Assembly: GCA_964016885.1 (NCBI GenBank)
Contig: OZ024743.1
Coordinates: 133,052,001 to 133,116,000 of the forward strand
Length of the DNA: 64,000 nucleotides
Direction of reading: 5' to 3'
Source: Eledone cirrhosa
Lineage: Eukaryota
The number at the start of each line of letters is the position of its first letter. The stretch's first letter is position 1. The position numbers were made by a program, and so were the translations under genes. The notes under the pieces were generated by a model, which saw only the letters and a list, made by a program, of their open reading frames with translations, had not been told where the DNA came from and ran no database searches. This document shows positions 13,801 through 28,049 of this stretch, in pieces.

Positions 13801-15550
13801 TACCAAACACCAAGCTCCAAGCACCAAACACCAAACACCAAGCACCAAGCACCAAACCTCAATCACCAAGCACCAAGCACCAAACCCCAAGCACCAAACA
13901 CCAAGCACCAATCACCAAACACCAAACACCAAGAACCAAGCACCAAACACAAAACACCAAGCACCAAGCACCAAACACCAAGCACCAAGCACCAAGCACC
14001 AAACACCAAGCACCAAGTACCAAACACCAAACGCCAAGCACCAAGCACCAAACACCAAACACCAAGCACCAAGCACCAAACACTAAACACCAGGCTCCAA
14101 GCACAAAACACCAAGCACCAAGCACCAAGCACCAAACACCAAACACCAAACACCAAGCACCGAGCACCAAACACCAAGCACCAAGCACCAAGCAACAAAC
14201 AACAAGCACCAAGCACCAAACACCAAGCACCAAGCACCAAGCACCAAATACCAAACACCAAGCACCAAGCACCAAACACCAAGCACCAAGCACCAGACAC
14301 GAAGCACCAAGCACCAAGCACCAAGCATCAAGCACCAAATACCAAACACCAAGCACCAAGCACCACACACCAAACACCAAGCACCAAGCACCAAACACCA
14401 AACACCAAACACCAGGCACCAAGCACCAATCACCAAGCACCAAGCCAAAAACACAATGCACCAAGCACCAAGCACCAAACACCAAACACCAAACACCAGG
14501 CACCAAGCACCAAGCAGCAAGCACCAAGCACCAAGCACCAAGCACCAAACACCAAACACCAAGCACCAAGCACCAAACACCAAACACCAAGCCCAAAGCA
14601 CCAAAGAGCAAAAACAAAACACCAAGCACCAAACACCAAACACCAAGCACCAAACACCAAACACCAAGCACCAAGCACTAAACACCAAACACCAAGCAGC
14701 AAGCACCAAGCACCAAACACCAAGCACCAAGCACCAAGCACCAAACACCAAGCACCAAGCACCAAACACCAAACACCAAGTGCCAAGCACCAAGCACCAA
14801 ACACCAAGCACCAAGCACCAAGCACCAAACACCAAACACCAACCACCAAGTACCAAGCACCAAACACCAAGCACCAATCACCAAACACCAAGCACCAAGC
14901 ACCAAGCACCAAACACCAAGCACCAAGCACTAAACACCAAGCAACAAGCACCAAGCATCAAGCACCAAGCACCAAGCACCAAGCACCAAACACCAAGCAC
15001 CAAGCACCAAGCACCAAACACCAAGCACCAAGCACCAAACAGCAAATACCAAGCACCAAACACCAAACACCAAGCACCAAGCACCAAACACCAAACACCA
15101 AGCACCAAACACCAAGCACCAAGTCCCAAGCACCCAACACCAAGCACCAAGCACCAAACACCAAGCACCAAGCACCAAGCACCATGCACCAAACACCAAG
15201 CACCAAGCACCAAACAGCAAACACCAAACAGCAAACACCAAACAGCAAACACCAAACAGCAAACACCAAACAGCAAACAGCAAACACCAAACACCAAACA
15301 GCAAACGCCAAAAAGCAAACGCCAAACCCCAAACGCCAAACAGCAAATGCCAAACCCCAAATGCCAAACAGCAAACGCCAAGCACCAAACACCAAACACC
15401 TAGCACCAAGCACAAAACACCAAACACCAAGCACCAAGCACCAAACACCAAACACCAAACACCAGGCACCATGCACCAATCACCAAGCACCAAGCAAAAA
15501 ACACAAATCACCAAGCACCAAGCACCAAACACCAAACACCAAACACCAGG
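7850..15550. repeat. Higher-order repeat, ~3.9-kb period, about two copies
   Basis: Offsets 3919 (7939..8187 vs 11858..12106; AGCGCT cassette 7859 vs 11778) and 3912 (9240..9677 vs 13152..13589; 9947..10762 vs 13859..14674). Confidence 0.9.
7859..8110. repeat. Marker cassette A (first of 17 copies): GCGCTAAACATAAAACACTAAG followed by a ~200-bp CACCAAG-free island
   Basis: The motif starts at 7859, 9237*, 11778, 13149*, 16634, 17628, 20281, 21631*, 25053, 26068, 27258, 29518, 35289, 37381, 40852, 43007 and 45902 (* = GCGCTACAC variant). It is followed by ordered CATCAAA/CAGCAAA/CAACAAA/TGCCAAA/TAGCAAA/CCGCAAA/CAGGAAA/CAGCGAA units. Confidence 0.9.
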
Positions 15551-18109
15551 CACCAAGCACCAAGCAGCAAGCACCAAGCACCAAGCACCAAGCACCAAAC
15601 ACCAAACACCAAGCACTAAGCACCAAACACCAAACACCAAGCACAAAGTACCAAAGAGCAAAAACAAAGCACCAAGCACCAAACACCAAACACCAAACAC
15701 CAAACAGCAAACAGCAAACACCAAACAGCAAACACCAAACAGCAAACAGCAAACACCAAACACCAAACACCAAGCACCAAGCACCAAGCACCAAACAACA
15801 ACACCAAGCACCAAGCACCAAACACCAAGCATGAAGCACCAAACACCAAACACCAAGCTCCAAGCACCAAACACCATACACCAAGCACCAAGCACCAAAC
15901 ACCAATCACCAAGCACCAAGCACCAAACCCCAAGCACCAAACACCAAGCACCAATCACCAAACACCAAACACCAAGAACCAAGCACCAAACACAAAACAC
16001 CAAGCACCAAGCACCAAACACCAAACACCAAGCACCAAGCACCAAACACCAAACACCAGGCTCCAAGCACAAAACACCAAGCACCAAGCACCAAGCACCA
16101 AGCACCAAACACCAAACACCAAACACCAAGCACCAAGCACCAAACACCAAGCACCAAGCACCAAGCAACAAACACCAAGCACCAAGCACCAAACACCAAG
16201 CAGCAAGCACGAAACACCAAGCACCAAGCACCGAGCACCAAACACCAAGTACCAAGCACCAATCACCAAACACCAAGCACCAAGCACCAAACACCAAACA
16301 CCAAACACCAAGCACCAAGCACCAAACACCAAATACCAAGCACCAAGCACTAAGCACCAAACACCAAGCACCAAGCACCAAGCATCAAGCACCAAGCACC
16401 AAACACCAAGCACCAAGCACCAAGCACCAAGCACCAAACACAAAACACCAAGTACCAAGCACCAAGCACCAAACACCAAACACTAAACACCAAGCACCAA
16501 GCACCAATCACCAAGCACCAAGCACCAAACCCCAAGCACCAAACACCAAGCACCAATCACCAAACACCAAACACCAAGAACCAAGCACCAAACACCAAGC
16601 ACCAAGCACCAAGCACAAAACACCAAGCACCAAGCGCTAAACATAAAACACTAAGCACCAAGCACCAAGCACCAAGCACCAAACACCAAACATCAAACAC
16701 CAATCACCAAACATCAAACAGCAAACACCAAACACCAAACACCAAACATCAAACACCAAATAGCAAACACCAAACCGCAAACACCAAACACCAAACAGGA
16801 AACACCAAACACCAAACAGCGAACAGCAAACAGCAAACACCAAACACCAAGCACCAAGCACAAAACACCAAGCACCAAGCGCCAAACACCAAACACCAAG
16901 CACCAAGCACCAAACACCAAGCACCAAACACCAAGCACCAATCACCAAACACCAAACACCAAGAACCAAACACCAAACACAAAACACCAAGCACCAAGCA
17001 CCAAACACCAAGCACCAAGCACCAAGCACCAAACACCAAACACCAAACACCAAGCACCTAGCACCAAACACCAAGCACCAAGCACCAAGCAACAAACACC
17101 AAGCACCAAGCACCAAACACCAAGCACCAAGCACGAAACACCAAGCACCAAGCACCGAGCACCAAACACCAAGTACCAAGCACCAAGCACCAAACACCAA
17201 ACACCAAACACCTAGCACCAAGCACCAAACACCAAACACCAAGAACCAAGCACCAAACACCAAATACCAAGCACCAAGCACTAAACACCAAACACCAAGC
17301 ACCAAGCACCAAGCATCAAGCACCAAGCACCAAACACCAAGCACCAAGCACCAAGCACCAAGCACCAAACACAAAACACCAAGTACCAAGCACCAAGCAC
17401 CAAACACCAAACACCAAACACCAAGCACCAAGCACCAAACACCAAATACCAAGCTCCAAGCACCAAACACCAAATACCAAGCACCAAGCAACAAACACCA
17501 ATCACCAAGCACCAAGCACCAAACCCCAAGCACCAAACACCAAGCACCAATCACCAAACACCAAACACCAAGAACCAAGCACCAAACACCAAGCACCAAG
17601 CACCAAGCACAAAACACCAAGCACCAAGCGCTAAACATAAAACACTAAGCACCAAGCACCAAGCACCAAGCACCAAACACCAAACATCAAACACCAATCA
17701 CCAAACATCAAACAGCAAACACCAAACACCAAACACCAAACATCAAACACCAAACAGCAAACAACAAACAACAAATGCCAAACTTCAAACGCCAAACACC
17801 AAACACCAAACCGCAAACACCAAACACCAAACAGGAAACACCAAACACCAAACAGCGAACACCAAACAGCAAACACCAAACACCAAGCACCAAGCACCAA
17901 GCACAAAACACCAAGCACCAGGCGCCAAACACCAAACACCAAGCACCAAGCACCAAACACCAAGCACCAAACACCAAACACCAATCACCAAGCGCCAAAC
18001 ACCAAATACCAAGCACCAAGCACTAAACACCAAACACCAAGCACCAAGCACCAAGCATCAAGCACCAAGCACCAAACACCAAGCACCAAGCACCAAGCAC
18101 CAAGCACCA

Positions 18110-18530
18110 AACACAAAACACCAAGTACCAAGCACCAAGCACCAAACACCAAACACCAAACACCAAGCACCAAGCACCAAACACCAAACACCAAGCACCA
18201 AGCACCAGACACCAAGCACCAAGCACCAAGCACCAATCACCAAACACCAAGCACGAAGCACCAAACACCAAACACCAAGCACCAAGCACCAAACACCAAA
18301 CACCAAGCACCAAGCACCAAGCACCAAACACCAAGTACCAAGCACCAAGCACCAAACACCAAACACCAAACACCAAGCACCAAGCACCAAACACCAAACA
18401 CCAAGCACCAAGCACCAGACACCAAGCACCAAACACCAAGCACCAATCACCAAACACCAAGCACGAAGCACCAAATACCAAACACCAAGCACCAAGCACC
18501 AAACACCAAACACCAAGCACCAAGCACCAA
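18110..18530. repeat. 210-bp (30-unit) tandem sub-duplication, inherited at ~27.75, ~33.5 and ~41.35 kb
   Basis: GTACC marker at 18125 and 18335. ORF ends 18236/18446, 27866/28076, 33638/33848 and 41474/41684 all differ by 210. Confidence 0.85.
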
Positions 18531-21500
18531 GCACCAAACACCAAGCACCAAGCACCAAGCACCAAACACCAAGCACCAAATACCAAGCACCAGACACGAA
18601 GCACCAATCACCAAATACCAAACACCAAGCACCAAGCACCAAACACAAAACACCTAGCACCAAGCACCAAACACCAAGCACCAAGCACCAAGCACCAAAC
18701 ACCAAGCACCAAGTACCAAACACCAAACACCAAGCACCAAGCACCAAACACCAAACACCAAGCACCAAGCACCAAACACTAAACACCAGGCTCCAAGCAC
18801 AAAACACCAAGCACCAAGCACCAAGCACCAAACACCAAACACCAAACACCAAGCACCGAGCACCAAACACCAAGCACCAAGCACCAAGCAACAAACAACA
18901 AGCACCAAGCACCAAACACCAAGCACCAAGCACCAAGCACCAAATACCAAACACCAAGCACCAAGCACCAAACACCAAGCACCAAGCACCAGACAAGAAG
19001 CACCAAGCACCAAGCACCAAGCATCAAGCACCAAATACCAAACACCAAGCACCAAGCACCACACACCAAACACCAAGCACCAAGCACCAAACACCAAACA
19101 CCAAACACCAGGCACCAAGCACCAATCACCAAGCACCAAGCCAAAAACACAATGCACCAAGCACCAAGCACCAAACACCAAACACCAAACACCAGGCACC
19201 AAGCACCAAGCAGCAAGCACCAAGCACCAAGCACCAAGCACCAAACACCAAACACCAAGCACCAAGCACCAAACACCAAACACCAAGCCCAAAGCACCAA
19301 AGAGCAAAAACAAAACACCAAGCACCAAACACCAAACACCAAGCACCAAACACCAAACACCAAGCACCAAGCACTAAACACCAAACACCAAGCAGCAAGC
19401 ACCAAGCACCAAACACCAAGCACCAAGCACCAAGCACCAAACACCAAGCACCAAGCACCAAACACCAAACACCAAGTGCCAAACACCAAGCACCAAACAC
19501 CAAGCACCAAGCACCAAGCACCAAACACCAAACACCAACCACCAAGTACCAAGCACCAAACACCAAGCACCAATCACCAAGCACCAAACACCAAGCACCA
19601 AGCACTAAACACCAAGCAACAAGCACCAAGCATCAAGCACCAAGCACCAAGCACCAAGCACCAAACACCAAGCACCAAGCACCAAGCACCAAACACCAAG
19701 CACCAAGCACCAAACAGCAAATACCAAGCACCAAACACCAAACACCAAGCACCAAGCACCAAACACCAAACACCAAGCACCAAACACCAAGCACCAAGTC
19801 CCAAGCACCCAACACCAAGCACCAAGCACCAAACACCAAGCACCAAGCACCAAGCACCATGCACCAAACACCAAGCACCAAGCACCAAACAGCAAACACC
19901 AAACAGCAAACACCAAACAGCAAACACCAAACAGCAAACACCAAACAGCAAACAGCAAACACCAAACACCAAACAGCAAACGCCAAAAAGCAAACGCCAA
20001 ACCACAAACGCCAAACAGCAAATGCCAAACCCCAAATGCCAAACAGCAAACGCCAAGCACCAAACACCAAACACCTAGCACCAAGCACAAAACACCTAAC
20101 ACCAAGCACCAAGCACCAAACACCAAACACCAAACACCAGGCACCATGCACCAATCACCAAGCACCAAGCAAAAAACACAAATCACCAAGCACCAAGCAC
20201 CAAACACCAAACACCAAACACCAGGCACCAAGCACCAAACACCAAGCACCAAGCACCAAGGACAAAACACCAAGCACCAAGCGCTAAACATAAAACACTA
20301 AGCACCAAGCACCAAGCACCAAGCACCAAACACCAAATATCAAACACCAATCACCAAACATCAAACAGCAAACACCAAACACCAAACACCAAACATCAAA
20401 CAGCAAACAACAAACAACAAATGCCAAACATCAAACGCCAAACACCAAACACCAAATAGCAAACACCAAACCGCAAACACCAAACACCAAACAGGCAACA
20501 CCAAACACCAAACAGCGAACACCAAACAGCAAACACCAAACACCAAGCACCAAGCACCAAGCACCACACACCAAGCACCAAGCACCAAACACCAAAAACC
20601 AAGCACCAAGCACTAAACACCAAGCACCAAGCCCCGAGCACCAAACACCAAGTACCAAGCACCAATCACCAAACACCAAACACCAAGCACCAAGCACCAA
20701 ACACCAAACACCAAGAACCAAGCACCAAACACCAAACACCAGGCACCAAGGACCAAGCACCAAGTACCAAGCAAAAAACACAAAGCACCAAGCACCAAGC
20801 ACCAAACACCAAACACCAAACACCAGGCACCAAGCACCAAGCAGCAAGCACCAAGCACAAAGCACCAAACACCAAACACCAAGCACTAAGCACCAAACAC
20901 CAAACACCAAGCACAAAGCACCAAAGAGCAAAAACAAAGCACCAAGCACCAAACACCAAACACCAAACACCAAACACCAAACAGCAAACACCAAACAGCA
21001 AACACCAAACAGCAAACAGCAAACACCAAACACCAAACACCAAGCACCAAGTACCAAGCACCAAACAACAACACCAAGCACCAAGCACCAAACACCAAGC
21101 ACCAAGCACCAAACACCAAACACCAAGCTCCAAGCACCAAACACCAAACACCAAGCACCAAGCAGCAAACACCAATCACCAAGCACCAAGCACCAAACAC
21201 CAAGCACCAAACACCAAGCACCAATCACGAAACACCAAACACCAAGAACCAAGCACCAAACACAAAACACCAAGCACCAAGCACCAAACACCAAGCACCA
21301 AGCACCAAGCACCAAACACCAAACACCAAACACCAAGCACCTAGCACCAAACACCAAGCACCAAGCACCAAGCAACAAACACCAAGCACCAAGCACCAAA
21401 CACCAAGCACCAAGCACGAAACACCAAGCACCAAGCACCGAGCACCAAACACCAAGTACCAAGCACCAATCACCAAACACCAAGCACCAAGCACCAAACA

Positions 21501-24500
21501 CCAAACACCAAACACCAAGCACCAAGCACCAAACACCAAACACCAAGAACCAAGCACCAAACACCAAATACCAAGCACCAAGCACCAAACACCAAGCACC
21601 AAGCACCAAGCACAAAACACCAAGCACCAAGCGCTACACATAAAACACTAAGCACCAAGCACCAAGCACCAAGCACCAAACACCAAACATCAAACACCAA
21701 TCACCAAATATCAAACAGCAAACACCAAACACCAAACACCAAACATCAAACACCAAACAGCAAACAACAAACAACAAATGCCAAACATCAAACGCCAAAC
21801 ACCAAACACCAAATAGCAAACACCAAACCGCAAACACCAAACACCAAACAGGAAACACCAAACACCAAACAGCGAACAACAAACAGCAAACACCAAACAC
21901 CAAGCACCAAGCACCAAGCACAAAAGACCAAGCACCAAGCGCCAAACACCAAACACCAAGCACCAAGCACCAAACACCAAGCACCAAACACCAAACACCA
22001 ATCACCAACCGCCAAACACCAAATACCAAGCACCAAGCACTAAACACCAAACACCAAGCACCAAGCACCAAGCATCAAGCACCAAGCACCAAACACCAAG
22101 CACCAAGCACCAAGCACCAAGCACCAAACACAAAACACCAAGTACCAAGCACCAAGCACCAAACACCAAACACCAAACACCAAGCACCAAGCACCAAACA
22201 CCAAACACCAAGCACCAAGCACCAGACACCAAGCACCAAGCACCAAGCACCAATCACCAAACACCAAGCACTAAGCACCAAATACCAAACACCAAGCTCC
22301 AAGCACCAAACACCAAACACCAAGCACCAAGCACCAAACCTCAATCACCAAGCACCAAGCACCAAACCCCAAGCACCAAACACCAAGCACCAATCACCAA
22401 ACACCAAACACCAAGAACCAAGCACCAAACACAAAACACCAAGCACCAAGCACCAAACACCAAGCACCAAGCACCAAGCACCAAACACCAAGCACCAAGT
22501 ACCAAACACCAAACACCAAGCACCAAGCACCAAACACCAAACACCAAGCACCAAGCACCAAACACTAAACACCAGGCTCCAAGCACAAAACACCAAGCAC
22601 CAAGCACCAAGCACCAAACACCAAACACCAAACACCAAGCACCGAGCACCAAACACCAAGCACCAAGCACCAAGCAACAAACAACAAGCACCAAGCACCA
22701 AACACCAAGCACCAAGCACCAAGCACCAAATACCAAACACCAAGCACCAAGCACCAAACACCAAGCACCAAGCACCAGACACGAAGCACCAAGCACCAAG
22801 CACCAAGCATCAAGCACCAAATACCAAACACCAAGCACCAAGCACCACACACCAAACACCAAGCACCAAGCACCAAACACCAAACACCAAACACCAGGCA
22901 CCAAGCACCAATCACCAAGCACCAAGCCAAAAACACAATGCACCAAGCACCAAGCACCAAACACCAAACACCAAACACCAGGCACCAAGCACCAAGCAGC
23001 AAGCACCAAGCACCAAGCACCAAGCACCAAACACCAAACACCAAGCACCAAGCACCAAACACCAAACACCAAGCCCAAAGCACCAAAGAGCAAAAACAAA
23101 ACACCAAGCACCAAACACCAAACACCAAGCACCAAACACCAAACACCAAGCACCAAGCACTAAACACCAAACACCAAGCAGCAAGCACCAAGCACCAAAC
23201 ACCAAGCACCAAGCACCAAGCACCAAACACCAAGCACCAAGCACCAAACACCAAACACCAAGTGCCAAACACCAAGCACCAAACACCAAGCACCAAGCAC
23301 CAAGCACCAAACACCAAACACCAACCACCAAGTACCAAGCACCAAACACCAAGCACCAATCACCAAACACCAAGCACCAAGCACCAAGCACCAAACACCA
23401 AGCACCAAGCACTAAACACCAAGCAACAAGCACCAAGCATCAAGCACCAAGCACCAAGCACCAAGCACCAAACACCAAGCACCAAGCACCAAGCACCAAA
23501 CACCAAGCACCAAGCACCAAACAGCAAATACCAAGCACCAAACACCAAACACCAAGCACCAAGCACCAAACACCAAACACCAAGCACCAAACACCAAGCA
23601 CCAAGTCCCAAGCACCCAACACCAAGCACCAAGCACCAAACACCAAGCACCAAGCACCAAGCACCATGCACCAAACACCAAGCACCAAGCACCAAACAGC
23701 AAACACCAAACAGCAAACACCAAACAGCAAACACCAAACAGCAAACACCAAACAGCAAACAGCAAACACCAAACACCAAACAGCAAACGCCAAAAAGCAA
23801 ACGCCAAACCCCAAACGCCAAACAGCAAATGCCAAACCCCAAATGCCAAACAGCAAACGCCAAGCACCAAACACCAAACACCTAGCACCAAGCACAAAAC
23901 ACCAAACACCAAGCACCAAGCACCAAACACCAAACACCAAACACCAGGCACCATGCACCAATCACCAAGCACCAAGCAAAAAACACAAATCACCAAGCAC
24001 CAAGCACCAAACACCAAACACCAAACACCAGGCACCAAGCACCAAGCAGCAAGCACCAAGCACCAAGCACCAAGCACCAAACACCAAACACCAAGCACTA
24101 AGCACCAAACACCAAACACCAAGCACAAAGCACCAAAGAGCAAAAACAAAGCACCAAGCACCAAACACCAAACACCAAACACCAAACACCAAACAGCAAA
24201 CACCAAACAGCAAACACCAAACAGCAAACAGCAAACACCAAACACCAAACACCAAGCACCAAGCACCAAGCACCAAACAACAACACCAAGCACCAAGCAC
24301 CAAACACCAAGCATGAAGCACCAAACACCAAACACCAAGCTCCAAGCACCAAACACCATACACCAAGCACCAAGCACCAAACACCAATCACCAAGCACCA
24401 AGCACCAAACCCCAAGCACCAAACACCAAGCACCAATCACCAAACACCAAACACCAAGAACCAAGCACCAAACACAAAACACCAAGCACCAAGCACCAAA

Positions 24501-25329
24501 CACCAAACACCAAGCACCAAGCACCAAACACCAAACACCAGGCTCCAAGCACCAAGCACCAAACACCAAGCACCAAGCACCAAGCAACAAACACCAAGCA
24601 CCAAGCACCAAACACCAAGCAGCAAGCACGAAACACCAAGCACCAAGCACCGAGCACCAAACACCAAGTACCAAGCACCAATCACCAAACACCAAGCACC
24701 AAGCACCAAACACCAAACACCAAACACCAAGCACCAAGCACCAAACACCAAATACCAAGCACCAAGCACTAAGCACCAAACACCAAGCACCAAGCACCAA
24801 GCATCAAGCACCAAGCACCAAACACCAAGCACCAAGCACCAAGCACCAAGCACCAAACACAAAACACCAAGTACCAAGCACCAAGCACCAAACACCAAAC
24901 ACTAAACACCAAGCACCAAGCACCAATCACCAAGCACCAAGCACCAAACCCCAAGCACCAAACACCAAGCACCAATCACCAAACACCAAACACCAAGAAC
25001 CAAGCACCAAACACCAAGCACCAAGCACCAAGCACAAAACACCAAGCACCAAGCGCTAAACATAAAACACTAAGCACCAAGCACCAAGCACCAAGCACCA
25101 AACACCAAACATCAAACACCAATCACCAAACATCAAACAGCAAACACCAAACACCAAACACCAAACATCAAACACCAAATAGCAAACACCAAACCGCAAA
25201 CACCAAACACCAAACAGGAAACACCAAACACCAAACAGCGAACAGCAAACAGCAAACACCAAACACCAAGCACCAAGCACAAAACACCAAGCACCAAGCG
25301 CCAAACACCAAACACCAAGCACCAAGCAC

Positions 25330-27710
25330 CAAACACCAAGCACCAAACACCAAGCACCAATCACCAAACACCAAACACCAAGAACCAAACACCAAACACA
25401 AAACACCAAGCACCAAGCACCAAACACCAAGCACCAAGCACCAAGCACCAAACACCAAACACCAAACACCAAGCACCTAGCACCAAACACCAAGCACCAA
25501 GCACCAAGCAACAAAAACCAAGCACCAAGCACCAAACACCAAGCACCAAGCACGAAACACCAAGCACCAAGCACCGAGCACCAAACACCAAGTACCAAGC
25601 ACCAATCACCAAACACCAAGCACCAAGCACCAAACACCAAACACCAAACACCTAGCACCAAGCACCAAACACCAAACACCAAGAACCAAGCACCAAACAC
25701 CAAATACCAAGCACCAAGCACTAAACACCAAACACCAAGCACCAAGCACCAAGCATCAAGCACCAAGCACCAAACACCAAGCACCAAGCACCAAGCACCA
25801 AGCACCAAACACAAAACACCAAGTACCAAGCACCAAGCACCAAACACCAAACACCAAACACCAAGCACCAAGCACCAAACACCAAATACCAAGCTCCAAG
25901 CACCAAACACCAAATACCAAGCACCAAGCAACAAACACCAATCACCAAGCACCAAGCACCAAACCCCAAGCACCAAACACCAAGCACCAATCACCAAACA
26001 CCAAACACCAAGAACCAAGCACCAAACACCAAGCACCAAGCACCAAGCACAAAACACCAAGCACCAAGCGCTAAACATAAAACACTAAGCACCAAGCACC
26101 AAGCACCAAGCACCAAACACCAAACATCAAACACCAATCACCAAACATCAAACAGCAAACACCAAACACCAAACACCAAACATCAAACACCAAACAGCAA
26201 ACAACAAACAACAAATGCCAAACTTCAAACGCCAAACACCAAACACCAAACCGCAAACACCAAACACCAAACAGGAAACACCAAACACCAAACAGCGAAC
26301 ACCAAACAGCAAACACCAAACACCAAGCACCAAGCACCAAGCACAAAACACCAAGCACCAGGCGCCAAACACCAAACACCAAGCACCAAGCACCAAACAC
26401 CAAGCACCAAACACCAAACACCAATCACCAAGCGCCAAACACCAAATACCAAGCACCAAGCACTAAACACCAAACACCAAGCACCAAGCACCAAGCATCA
26501 AGCACCAAGCACCAAACACCAAGCACCAAGCACCAAACACCAAGCACCAATCACCAAACACCAAACACCAAGAACCAAACACCAAACACAAAACACCAAG
26601 CACCAAGCACCAAACACCAAGCACCAAGCACCAAGCACCAAACACCAAACACCAAACACCAAGCACCTAGCACCAAACACCAAGCACCAAGCACCAAGCA
26701 ACAAACACCAAGCACCAAGCACCAAACACCAAGCACCAAGCACGAAACACCAAGCACCAAGCACCGAGCACCAAACACCAAGTACCAAGCACCAATCACC
26801 AAACACCAAGCACCAAGCACCAAACACCAAACACCAAACACCTAGCACCAAGCACCAAACACCAAACACCAAGAACCAAGCACCAAACACCAAATACCAA
26901 GCACCAAGCACTAAACACCAAACACCAAGCACCAAGCACCAAGCATCAAGCACCAAGCACCAAACACCAAGCACCAAGCACCAAGCACCAAGCACCAAAC
27001 ACAAAACACCAAGTACCAAGCACCAAGCACCAAACACCAAACACCAAACACCATGCACCAAGCACCAAACACCAAATACCAAGCTCCAAGCACCAAACAC
27101 CAAATACCAAGCACCAAGCAACAAACACCAATCACCAAGCACCAAGCACCAAACCCCAAGCACCAAACACCAAGCACCAATCACCAAACACCAAACACCA
27201 AGAACCAAGCACCAAACACCAAGCACCAAGCACCAAGCACAAAACACCAAGCACCAAGCGCTAAACATAAAACACTAAGCACCAAGCACCAAGCACCAAG
27301 CACCAAACACCAAACATCAAACACCAATCACCAAACATCAAACAGCAAACACCAAACACCAAACACCAAACATCAAACACCAAACAGCAAACAACAAACA
27401 ACAAATGCCAAACTTCAAACGCCAAACGCCAAACACCAAACCGCAAACACCAAACACCAAACAGGAAACACCAAACACCAAACAGCGAACACCAAACAGC
27501 AAACACCAAACACCAAGCACCAAGCACCAAGCACAAAACACCAAGCACCAGGCGCCAAACACCAAACACCAAGCACCAAGCACCAAACACCAAGCACCAA
27601 ACACCAAACACCAATCACCAAGCGCCAAACACCAAATACCAAGCACCAAGCACTAAACACCAAACACCAAGCACCAAGCACCAAGCATCAAGCACCAAGC
27701 ACCAAACACC
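25330..27710. repeat. 1190-bp (170-unit) tandem duplication
   Basis: ORFs 25361..25651 vs 26551..26841 and 26071..26424 vs 27261..27614 match. AGCGCT cassette at 26068 and 27258. Confidence 0.9.
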
Positions 27711-28049
27711 AAGCACCAAGCACCAAGCACCAAGCACCAAACACAAAACACCAAGTACCAAGCACCAAGCACCAAACACCAAACACCAAACACCAAGCAC
27801 CAAGCACCAAACACCAAACACCAAGCACCAAGCACCAGACACCAAGCACCAAGCACCAAGCACCAATCACCAAACACCAAGCACGAAGCACCAAACACCA
27901 AACACCAAGCACCAAGCACCAAACACCAAACACCAAGCACCAAGCACCAAGCACCAAACACCAAGTACCAAGCACCAAGCACCAAACACCAAACACCAAA
28001 CACCAAGCACCAAGCACCAAACACCAAACACCAAGCACCAAGCACCAGA